DNA of 64,000 nt from Podarcis liolepis (taxonomy: Eukaryota), in NCBI GenBank assembly GCA_965112155.1, contig OZ218098.1. One strand, written 5' to 3'. Each line of letters begins with the position of its first letter. Positions within the stretch are counted from its first letter, which is position 1. The position numbers and the translations under genes were made by a program. Below the pieces are notes generated by a model. It was not told the DNA's origin and did not search any database. It worked only from the letters and a program-made list of their open reading frames with translations. Below are positions 26,701 through 38,700 of the stretch, one piece after another.

Positions 26701-29700
26701 GCCCCTGTTCTGATGCAATAGTAGCTGTGCCCCATGGTGGTCATTTAGATCAACAGCAATTGGCATGGGGGTCAGCATCCTGAATGTGTAAATTCTGGGT
26801 GATTAGTGCTTTGATTCAAAGTGCCAGTCACCCATAAAATACTGTCAGCAAGCACTCTAATACCAAGCATTTATTCCATCTGCATAGAAATGCAAGATTG
26901 ATTGGACTTGAGTTGCAGTTTCATATTGCTGATTTCATTTCAGGTACTGTCTGATGAGTGTCAAGGGCTGCTATACAGACTTCCATGTAGACTTCGGTGG
27001 CACTTCAGTGTGGTATCACATCCACAGAGGGGGGAAGGTATTGTGACAATCCCAGCAAGTTGCTCTGTTTTGTGTGGGAGATTGTGCAGAAGGATATAGT
27101 TTTTAAATGCTTAACTGAGTAAAATTGGAATTCTGTTTCTCATTTGCCTGCTGAGGTATCCCAAAACACTGGACCCTGTGAATCATGAAGCTGTGTCTGC
27201 TTTGTTCAGAAATCCTTCAGTCTGGCTTCTGACTAAAAAAAAAAAAAAAAGGAAGGGCAGGGAGGGTGAAGGAGACATGGGAAAGGTTCTGTTGTGCTTC
27301 TAGAACACTTGCCCATTGCAGAGCTGCTGTAAAATTAATTGCTTCGCTTTCTTGAACCACCCAGGGAGCCACATGCAGCTCATTAGCTTGTGTTTGGTCA
27401 CTGTGCTTTAGAATCAGGACAACTAAGCTTATTGTACTGTTGAGTAAGATTCCCAGGTGGATACAGTGTGTAACTAACGGAACATGAGCAAATTGAAAGG
27501 GAGATGTATGAGTGATTAGTGAAACAGATGTATATTAAATCATTTGCGCTGCTAAACAAACTTGAAAACATTATACTGGAAAAGCAGGATATACATACTT
27601 TGAATCAAATAACATCCAATCTTTTTTTAAAAAAATAACATTGAAAATATAAGAGCTCACTGTATTCGCTGGTATGCTTTAAAATTTGGGAGGTTGTGTC
27701 CAACTAAATCACTGCATGCACATAACAATTGCTGTGTAGGCAACTGAACTTCCTCTCCCTTTCATCTCCTTGTGTACCCTCCAATCTGCTCTAGGGGTTT
27801 CCAAACCCTTAGAGCAAATTTAGGGATCTTGAAGGGGAAGGAGAGCTTGCAAGATTCCTAGTCCATATAGTCTTTTCTTCCTATTTCTCTTCCATTAGTG
27901 GTCACAGGCCTTTCATCCAGCCTTGGTCTGAGGAATTAATTAACATTTGTGTGCATGGACACACACACACAGTATTACAAGCTTGTTTGTGAAAACATTC
28001 AAAAGCTGTGAACATTTAAACACACATTTCTAGACAATCCATGTTATCCAAACTTTTGTTTCCACCCACCCACCCTTTTCTCCCCCTAGTCAGAAATATA
28101 ATTTTTGGCACCTCTGCTTCTTTGTAGACAACAGGTACTTGTTTCTGTAGCTTCACCAGTTTAGAGAAGTATTCCTTGGTTTTTGTTGCAAATAAGGCAT
28201 AGAGACAAATTATCAGTAGCTTAATCTGGTCTCTCTCACAAACTGAGGCATTGCTGAGGATTACACATACGGATTACTTTTAGAAACAACAAAGTGGTTT
28301 AGGTACCATATATCTCATAATATTCGGTAGGGCATGTTCTGTGTACTTGAGTGGTTAGTGTTTGTGTACATACAACTTCCTACTTTTTAAAGAAATTTGA
28401 GGAAAACTACAACGCTGAGCTCTCCAATAATTCTAATTCTGTTAGTGTGACTACTAAATATTCCTCATTCACTTTATATAAACAAACCTTTGCTTTGGTG
28501 GAAATAAGTACAAAAGGCAGGTAATTTGTTAAAACTCTTGAATGCTGAAGTAGAAATTGTCTCTGTAGGCATGAAAATAAATTACTTGATTCTGAATTGT
28601 AATTGCAACTTCCTGTTCTATTCATTTAATACTGAAAGCATAGTGTGGTTACTGCTACAAAATGCAAGCCATAAAGATTCACCAACTCACAGCCTTCATT
28701 ATGATTTGGGGTTTTTAACCTTCTGATTTGTGCACTGCCTGCTCTTGGCACATCTCATTGCTGCAATGACTCTCATTTTTCTGAGCAGTGTTGGCTGTGC
28801 ACTGTTTGTGCAATTGAAGTTTCATTTTAGTTTGTGTGTTAATACTAACCACTCAATCCAGGCGTACTATACTACACATGAAAAGCAATTTCCACATAAT
28901 GCAAAATATTGAGGCTGCCTCTTACGGTAATGAATACTGCTGGCCATTAAACAGTTAGCATTCGCAGCAAGGAGGGCACATATAGAAAATAAACGATGTG
29001 TTCTGCTCTATAGAGTGGAGATGTAGGGGGAGGTTAGTCTGTGGTACATACAAGACATATAGTGCTGAAAGATTTTGCCAGAAACCTAACCTTAAGGATT
29101 CACTACTTGGAGGAAGAGTGCTGAAAAATTATGGAGGGAAGGTTTTTAGGTAGAGTAATCAGCATGCAACAAGGCACCGATGAAAGGTAGGATGAGACAA
29201 CTCTGGGACAAGTAGTTTTAATATACCTCTTCAGTTATTTTTGTCCATGTTGCTCCAGCAACATTTGCTGCAGTCTCAAGGAGTGACCCATACTTTCCCC
29301 CATTTCCCACCCCTGCCAAGAACTGAACTTAAAATCAGGGATCCATGGTTAGCCTCCACTGCATGTTTGGATATACGCCAGATAGTGCTGAATTTCCCCC
29401 ATCACAACTGATATATTTATCAGGGTAAGCACCAGTGCACCTAAGCTACTGAGTAAAGTGTGAAGTGCTTTTATTTGGGAAGGTGGGCTTTGTCGGCCAA
29501 TTGTTGCATGGTTTATATAGCACTGCTCTTGAGTTTCTTTTAAGTCTGGCTCATATAACAAAGCAACAAATGGATCTCAGCAAACAGTAGGTTTTCAAAA
29601 GAGAAGGTTTGTTAAATCTATCTTTTTCCACTTGTAGGTCTTTTGGTTAATTCCACCCACTCCCCAGAACCTGGAGTTGTATGAAAACTGGCTGCTGTCG

Positions 29701-32700
29701 GGAAAACAAGGGGATATCTTTCTTGGTGACAGGGTGTCAAATTGTCAGCGTATTGAGCTCAAACAAGGCTATACCTTTGTCATACCCTCAGGTAGGGTAA
29801 TGTGAACAGAGCTTAAACTAATTTTCTCTTGCCATAAATAAATGTGTCCATTGAAGCATTAGAAGAGTTATTTCTTGCAGTTTGTTTGTTAGCCATGTGG
29901 TTTTGAGATTTAACTATTGTTGCTCCTTAGACCCAATGAGGCTGTCAACTACATGGGCAAATCTTATGTATGGAAGAGGACTTGAGAAGAATAAACAGTA
30001 GATCAGAGACCCCAAAAACAGTATTCCCTTTTCCAAGATAATTGGAATCAATTCCTTCTTGATCCTGCCTTTGAAAATAAGATGGCACGCATTGCTGAAA
30101 AGGAGGAAGAATCTTGTAGCTTTTAGTAGCAGGAGCTGAGATTAAGAGCAGGCCTGTTTTTCAGAAAGCACAACTCTTAGGATACTACAGAAATCAGCTT
30201 TAGTGGCACAAGGTTCTCCATTATGCAACACCAGAAAATCTTAACCTATGGGCTTTTTGCTATCAGGTTGGATCCATGCGGTGTACACTCCTATGGACAC
30301 CCTGGTCTTTGGGGGTAACTTTCTGCACAGCTTCAACATCCCTATGCAGCTGCGGATCTACAGCATTGAAGACCGCACACGGGTAAGCAGTTTCCAAAAG
30401 TTTTCAAACCTGGATAACATAGCAATTTCAGTAGCAATACTACTAGCTCCCCGCAGAATTTTCTTTGCTCACTGGTAAATGAAACAGACAATTTTTATCT
30501 CTGGGGAGCATATGCAGTATTTCCCCCCCCCCCCCCTCTGCTGTGAAAACTGGCAGTTTATTCTGACACTGCTATCTTGTTCAATCCATAAGAGGACCCA
30601 TCTTTGTAATTCCATGACTGCTAAATTTTCTTAGGAGCCTTGGTGAGGAAAGATTTTTGACAACATATATAGGCTTGGATCCTGAATCTCCTTTCACTGG
30701 CAGAGTGTCCTGCGAGCAGAGTTCCATTTATGGGATGCTCTCACCAACAGAAAGAGCAGGGTCTGAGCTGGTACTGTTACAGGTGGCACATAATATTTGT
30801 TCCACAGCTGTAAGAATTCTATCTTTTAGTGTGGTGGCATCGACACTTTGGAATCCCATGCCTATTGACATCAGGTGGGGGCTTCACTGTACTCTTGTCG
30901 GTGCCTGCTTTAAGGAAATTGTTTAGGAAAGCCTATCCAGACACGTAGATGTGGACATGTTTAAACCTCTTTTATTTTGCTGTTAATTTTAAATGTTTTG
31001 GCTGCTTTTATTGATAATTTTAATATTTCTTGCAAACCACTGAGAAGTTTAACTGCAATCAAGCAGTATATACATTTTGGTAAATAAAGAATAAATAAAG
31101 GCTCTTCTGTTTGTAGAAGGGAAGGGAAGATCTAAATGAGTGTCTGTAGCAGGGATAATCAACCCATGGACCACCTATTGCCCCTGTAAAGTTTTTTGTG
31201 GCCTACAGAGACCCCCCACCTTGATTTGTTGGTTGTATCACCAATGTAATAGGCTGAAAATTCCACCATATTCCACATTTTGTGTTTCTGGCATTTGAGT
31301 GCCCCACAGTTAGTCTCTGGTGTTTGAGTCCAATCCTCACTCCCCAAAGCAGCAGGTTTCTACAGCTGCTTTTGCCACTGTTCTTTGCCATGTAGCTATA
31401 GAGTATCAGGCTGTGATGCTTGCAAGATCAGCCCATAAAGCTATAGTAAGCCTTGTAGCCAGCAGCAGTTTGGACAATCAGGAGAGAACGTATTTCTCTG
31501 TCAGGCATCTGAGGAAGCCGAAGCAATCCGTGGCAGATGATAGAGAGGCAACATAAACAGATAACTTAATTGAAGGTTGGCAACTTTGAGAAATTGATTA
31601 GCTTTTCTGGTTGGAATGGGGGTGCTTTGCTCAGCAGTAAATAACAAACTAACTGATGAACTTCATTATTGAGAGGGGAGAAGTGGTATTTTTATTTCCC
31701 TAAAAGGGAGTGAATGGTAATGGGATGGTTTACAAGGGTGTGCAACTGGTAGCATTTTCTAGACTCAGCCTTCTCACTTCTTACACACTGACAGGTTCCA
31801 AATAAATTTCGCTATCCCTTTTATTATGAAATGTGCTGGTACGTACTAGAACGCTATGTCTTCTGCATCACCAACCGTTCCCACCTAACCAAGGACTTTC
31901 AGAAGGAGTCACTCAGCATGGGTAAGAGTTATTTTCCTGTTATTTGGCTGTCATTCTTCTGTGAATTTCTAAAAACACTTTGCTTCCAAGCTAAACTCTC
32001 ATCTGGGTTGACATTAGAATAAAAAGAATCACTTGTTTTGATGCCTTCTGACTTCAGCAAAAGTAACCTCTTAATTAAGCATTTTCTCCAAGATTGGTGG
32101 AATATGCCAGAATACAGATTACATATTTCTACAGTTTGTAGTGGTTTGTGTTCCCCATTGATAGGCAAGTAGCAAATGGGTCACACTGCTGTGTGCTGTA
32201 TTTTCCCAACTTTGAAACGCAGCAGGGTATTAGCTGTTACACTAGCACGCTCACTCTTGCCAAGAGTGTGTGCACAACAGCTAAGGAGCTGTACTCCATT
32301 TTCCCCAGGCCGCTGTGGTGGCTGAGTGAATAGTACAAATACTGAAACACCTTAATTCTCTCCAAAGCTGTTCCACAGGCAGATCTGCTCAATTATCACT
32401 GTTCTACCCTTTACATACAGATATGGAGTTATGCGGCTTGGAGTCAGGCACTGTGGAGGAAGATGATGCAGCAGCAGAAAAGGAATCGCGCCGCCCTGTC
32501 ACTAGGCGGTCGGTCCTCACTAGCCCTGTAGCCAATGGTGCTAATCTAGACTATGAAGAACTAAATAAAGGCTGCCGGAGTTTGCCAGATCTCAAGAGAA
32601 CTCTCTCCATGGACTCAGAGTCCAGTCGAGGCTCTCACAATGGCCAAGCCTGGGACACTCATAGCAACAGCCCTCATAAGGGCAACAAGGTGCATCTGAC

Positions 32701-35700
32701 CCAATTTGAGCTTGAAGGTCTGCGTTGTCTTGTAGACAAGCTGGAGTCTTTACCCCTACACAAGAAGTGTGTACCCACAGGCATAGAGGATGAGGACGCC
32801 CTTATTGCAGATGTTAAGGTATGTTGTAAAGTCAAGAGTTATCTTTTTTTTGTGTAGCACTTTTTCCCCAGCACCTGTGACAACCCAACAATGTTTGTTT
32901 ACATGGGCCGTGTGCAAGCCTAAGTGATTTGTTGCTGTGGCCAGTTTCTCTATTTGAGTTGATCAGCTGCTTATGCATCTGTTAATATTGTAAAGTTATC
33001 TAGCATGGCTCTGTGGGTGTGTTGGGCTCTGCCACCTCCGTAGTGTGTGAGCACAGTCATCAACTGGATTACATTTTTTGCTAGTGCTTCACTTCTGGTC
33101 CTGGGCCATACGAAGTTGTTTCATGCCATTGGGAGTTGAAGAAAGACTTGCCCTCCCAAGCTTTATCCATATGAAACAGTGCACGTTGATCAACAGTGTA
33201 ATTATATAGCCTCTTGTCGCTTTCTCTGTGTGAATCCCTGAATGGTAATGAGGTGCTTTGAAAATGGCTCTGAAAATCTCTCTTGAAACTTGGCCCTCTT
33301 GTTATGGCTTCTTTGGCTATGATTTGTTCCTGACCTTGTTTGTTTCCATTGTACCAGAAAGGTGTACACACACCTAACACACTTGCATAAACATCTCACT
33401 AAATCAAAATTTCCAAAAGTATGCACAAAAGAACTTGACAGATGAAGTGGCAGTAATCGCTATCTGTCCAAGGATTTATTTATTCTTCAAGAAAGCAGAA
33501 GGCAAGCAGTGTATCCACAGCTTCATTTTTTAATACCGTATTTTGCGCCCCATAGGACGCTCTGGCCCATAGGACGCACCTAGGTTTTTTTTTTTGGGGG
33601 GGGAAATAAAGAAAAAAAATTATTTCCCCCCCAGGTGCGGAGCTGGAAGAACCAGGTCGGGGAACAGTGGGAAGGCATGCTCTGCCTCCCCGCTGTCCCC
33701 TGAGCTTGTGGGGCTGGCAATGGGGAGAAGTGCGCTGATCCCGGGACTGCGGGCAGCTCTGCGCCACCATCCGGAGCGGGGCAGGACTTAGCGCCCCGCT
33801 CCCGGTGGCCGAGCAGAGCTGCGCTGATCCCGGGACTGCAGGCAGCTCTGCGCTGCCATCCGGAGCGGGGCGGGACTTCGCGCCCCGCTCCCGATGGCGG
33901 CGCAGAGCTGCGCTGATCCCAGGACTGCAGGCAGCTCTGCGCGGCCATCCGGAGCGGGGCGGGGCTTCACCCCTGGCTCCCAGTGGCCGCGCAGAGCTGT
34001 GCTGATCCCGGGACTGCAGGCAGCTCTGCGCCACCATCCAGAGCGGGACTTCGCGCCCCGCTCCCGATGGCCGCGCAGAGCTGCGCTGATCCCAGGACTG
34101 CAGGCAGCTCTGCGCGGCCATCCGGAGTGGGGCGGGACTTCGCGCCCGGCTCCCGGTGGCCGCGCAGAGCTGCGCTGAGCCGGGGACTGCAGGCAGCTCT
34201 GCGCAGCCATCTGGAGCGGGGCGGGACTTAGCGCCCTGCTCCCGATGGCCGCGCAGAGCTGCGCTGATCCCGGGACTGCAGGCAGCTCTGCACCGCCATC
34301 CGGAGCGGGGCGGGACTTCGCGCCCGGCTCCCGGTGGCCGCGCAGAGCTGCGCTGAGCCGACCCCTCTCGCTCTCCAGGCTTCAGCGAAAGCCTGCATTC
34401 GCCCCATAGGACGCACACACATTTCCCCTTCATTTTTGGAGGGGAAAAAGTGCGTCCTATAGGGCGAAAAATACGGTAAGTATCTTCTTCCTTTGGTCTG
34501 CTTACACACTCTTCTTTCTCCTTGCGCTTCTCTATCAGGTGTGGTGGCACTGAGGAAAAGGTGGGCTTACTTGGCCAAATGGGCTAGCAAAACAGCTTTA
34601 TCCAACTCAAAAGGCATCAGGATTGAATGCTGTTCTCTTCATTGAGCTGCTTACCTCCCTGGAGGGAATAAAAGCTGTCACTTATTCACCTTTCGTTTCA
34701 CTATAGTACATGCAATGTTGTCTGACCTGTCTGTAGAAAAAAGGTGATTAACCCCAAGGTTTCCAATGATGAAAAGGGAGCACTCAAACTTGACTGGGGT
34801 CATAAAAAGCCTAGTACAGATAGCTTGTGTGCTCACATGGCAGCACTGTTTCACTTCTGTTCACTTTGTTTCAGTTTGCTTTGTTATAGAAACCCATCAA
34901 CCTGTTTCAAAATGCCACCGGAAGTAAGATAATTGAGACCTGACTGTAAAAAAAAAAAATGCTTTCTTGATCTTGTGCATTTATGACAATTCTGTAGCAT
35001 GCTAAAGGAATGTCTAGACTAGAGCAAGAACAGTGTTGAACATTTTCATTGGCAATACTATGTACAGGCATTTCACTTCTCCATAGCTTCTATACTGAAT
35101 TCCCCTTGAATTCAGTCAATTACTAATACTTATGAGACTTGGGGCCACTTCATACATTACCCTTTGTAGGTAAGGTACCCTTTGTACTTGGGTATTTAAT
35201 TCCAAAGTATAAATACATGCAAATATCATATATAAGCAGTGCACACATGTATAAACTTAAGATCTTGCCAGCAAATTACACAGGAGCTGGACTCTGATTC
35301 TGAATGTAGATGCACTTGAACACCATTTTGAAGATAAATGCGCTTGGACACCATTGTATAGATTCACAGAATCATAAAATTGTAGAGCGGGAAGGGTCCC
35401 TGAGGGCATCTAGTTCAACCCCGTGCAATGCAGGAATCTCAACTAGATCATATATAACAGATGTCCATCCAACTTCTGCTTAAAAACCTCTAAGAAAGGA
35501 GAGCCTGTCACCTCTCATGGGAGTCTGTTCCACAGCTATTCCTATCATACATTTCATTTATGTAGGCTCTGAAATCTGCTCCAAACTGGCCTTAAGGATA
35601 AAATGGAGGGGAAAGGCATATCAAAGAATATATGTATATTTCATATTGGCATGGTGCAAGGTGATGTACCATTTGACAGCTGTGATACACAGAAGATTGC

Positions 35701-38700
35701 AGCTGTGAATGTGACTACTTTTAATGTCTGAGACTGCCACTTTTAAGACCCAGAGAGCTTGTAACCTAGTGCATATTTGCTCTAGCAATCTACTATTTGT
35801 GGTAGAAGCTTTACAAATACTTCACATCTAGCTTAACTACTTTTATTTCAGCTTTTAATGTGTAGGTGGAGGTTATAACCAGATAGTACTCAACTAGTCA
35901 GTTATGCCAGTTCACCTAGTAATACCTGTTTGACTGGTCTAGCACCTGCTTATCGTTGCTAGTTGCCGTCTCAAGTTTGCTAACACGTTGAATTCTGAAA
36001 CCTACAAAAATGTTGGGTGTGTGTGTGTGTTAGAGAGAGATCTTGCAGCATTGAAGAGGGTAATTCAGACGTCTTGCTTAAATAGAACGTTGCGGTGTCT
36101 AGGTTGGAGGAGGCGGTCTTAAGATTTCAAATAGATTGAATAGCTAGGGGGTTAATATGTTGAAACAAAGTATCTATTTCCACCTCTCTGATGAGGAACG
36201 GCATGGACACCTTGTGGGCATGTGCCTTCTTCGGAGTTAAAACGTCATTGTGGGTGTTGAGAGGGCGTCGTCGTTAAGCGGCAGTTGCTTCTGGGGGCTT
36301 AGCGCGGTAGGGGGACATGGAAAACGGGGACGTAGCTGCAGCGCACCGGGCGGGTGAAAAGCTTTCTGTGCTGTTCTCTATAAAGTCTGCCCCAGCCAGC
36401 CCTCGGGTGCTGGCCCCGGATTCTCCAATTGCAGTAGTGGTGGGGGAGGGGGGGAGAGGCTGCCTCGGCTGCCGCCACGACCAATCAGCGAGCAGCCAGC
36501 GGCTTGGCCCGGCCCCCTCCCAACTCTGCAGCAGAACGGCTTTGCCGTCCTGTTCCTGGCTTGGTTTTCTCGGTCTCCTTTCTCTTCTGCCATCTTCCGT
36601 TGCAAAGCATTGCTGGGAACTGCATGTGGGTGACGCAGCAGCATTGTTTGCGGGCGCAGGAAGCTTCCGCTGAAGGGTTCTGGAAGGAACATGCTGCTGG
36701 CGCCGGGCAGCCGCTGGTGCTGGCGGAGTTGGGATCGCGCTTCCTGAGCCGCTCGTGTGAAGGAGGAGGATTGTGCTGGAGTTAAAATTACATAGTGGGG
36801 GGAGGATCGAAACCGAAGCCCTGCAACTTGGCTGAATAGAAAACAAAGGGACTCGGAAACTTCCTCCGAGACTCTCGGCACCTTCCGTGGAACGAAGCAC
36901 GCAAGGTCAGGCAGACACGAACCTGGGGTGGGGGGTTCAGCACGGTTCCGCCGGCGGGTGGGGGAGGGAGAGAGCTGCTTCCCACGTCCATGCAGGATAG
37001 GATCACCCGGGACTCTCCTCCCACGGTTCCCCTCTGCATTTGTTTGAAGGGTACTTTCCATGGGAGGAGTTCGTAAGCTTGGAATGCAGGGACTCCCTTA
37101 TATCGGTTGTTACAGGGTCGGAGCCCGCGTCTTCCCTTCCCAAGTTGGTTTGCATTCTTTGGGTGTTTGGGAACGGCACGTTTTCTGCTTCAGATCAGTG
37201 ATAGACCTTTGGGGCGGGGTGGGGGCTACTCTTTCCTAACATCCGCGTGATTCGGTGAAGTTGGGTGTTCCCACCCCCGGAGTTTGCACGTCTGTGCAGC
37301 CACCCCTAAAGTGCCCCAGGCTGGTGCATATAGTGCGTTTCCCCTTCTGCCCCGTGAAGCATGTGTCTTCATGCCCTCAAATGCCGACCTTTCCTCATAA
37401 GTAGACGCTGTAAGGGAGAGGGTGGGGCTTGGGGACTGCACATTCTGCTGGGCTAGCCGAACAGCCACTTCCTTCCACCCACAACCTTCTCTTGAAGGGT
37501 GGAGAAGCAGCTGTAAAGCGGAGTGGATACAAACGGATAGTGCTTCTTTTTAAATTAAACCGGATTTAAGTTTTTTATTTTTTGAAAAATCCAGTTACTT
37601 TACAAACATTTAAACTGCAATCCCACACCCATTTACTTGAGAGTAGACCCCATTGCATTTTGTGGACTTGCTTTTCAGTAGGTAGATAAATATTATATTA
37701 GCATCTATCCTGAGTCAAACACATTGAGTTGCTTTCTTCCCCCCCTTACTTAAATTGAGGTGCTGTTCTATTTAAAATAATGATCCAGTTTAAAAATGTG
37801 GGGAAAAAGTCAGGCATTAATAAACATTCTGGCTGATTAATTACTAGCCCTTGATTATGGAAAGCTCTGGACATTTAATCTTAAATGCTTTTGCTTGGTG
37901 TTCTTACATGCTGGTAGAGAGCCAAACATTCTTTATCATAATGCATTTCTTCAAGCAGATACAGTTTGCAGCAGAAAAAGCATGTATGCTGCATGACCAG
38001 GTATTTTGGACTGTGTTCCCTGGGTAATAAGAAGACTTGCTCTATTTAGTTCTAGACAGATGTTTTAATTGTTTGTAGCAACCAATTAACATTGCTTATT
38101 TAGGAACCATTAATTGGACAGTTGGAAACTTCATTTTAAATTGTCGTTGTGAATTGGACACCTATCTTGGTGACTTTAAATTAATCTGTCCTACTGGAAA
38201 GCAACTTGCCTGTATAGGCAGCTTCAGATGGGAATATGAATCCCCTTTCTCTGGTAAGTGCCAGGGAGAGTGAGCCCAGCCCATGCAGTGTTCTTTGCCT
38301 CTTGGCAGCTAGAGACACTGCACTCCCTGCACACGGGGATGCCAGCAACGTAACCATAGTAACCTCAAGTAAATAAAGCACATCTGAAATGGCAGTCAAG
38401 AGTGGGTGGGTAAGGTGGACGACAGAATCAGGAACAAGGCTAAAAGAGCCAGGCGGGAGGAGATGCTGTCTCAGGATGGCAACCACATTTGCTAGAACCT
38501 GGTCATTGGTTGGTGGCATAGAAATTATCTAGCCCATGTGTGAGATAGAAAACAGTATGGCTGAGAATACTATGTTTCTGTGCTGTTTTGAGAAGTGTAA
38601 CTTCTGGGATAAACATGGACATACTGGTTGGGTGGAGGGCTTTGCTCCATTGTGGAAGAGACCACACTTAACCCAGACCTTCATTTCTGATCATGTTTCA

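Noticed and set aside
33732-34360. CRISPR-like array (palindromic repeats at regular spacing)
   Set aside because: Linkers are near-identical rather than unique spacers, there are no cas genes, and the context is a vertebrate intron.
33480-34550. 356-aa and overlapping ORFs on both strands
   Set aside because: Artefacts of a stop-poor GC-rich 89-bp tandem repeat inside a MITE; repetitive low-complexity translations.
36274-37061. 208-aa and 227-aa minus-strand ORFs
   Set aside because: Coincide with the internal CpG island; no domain or splice structure.
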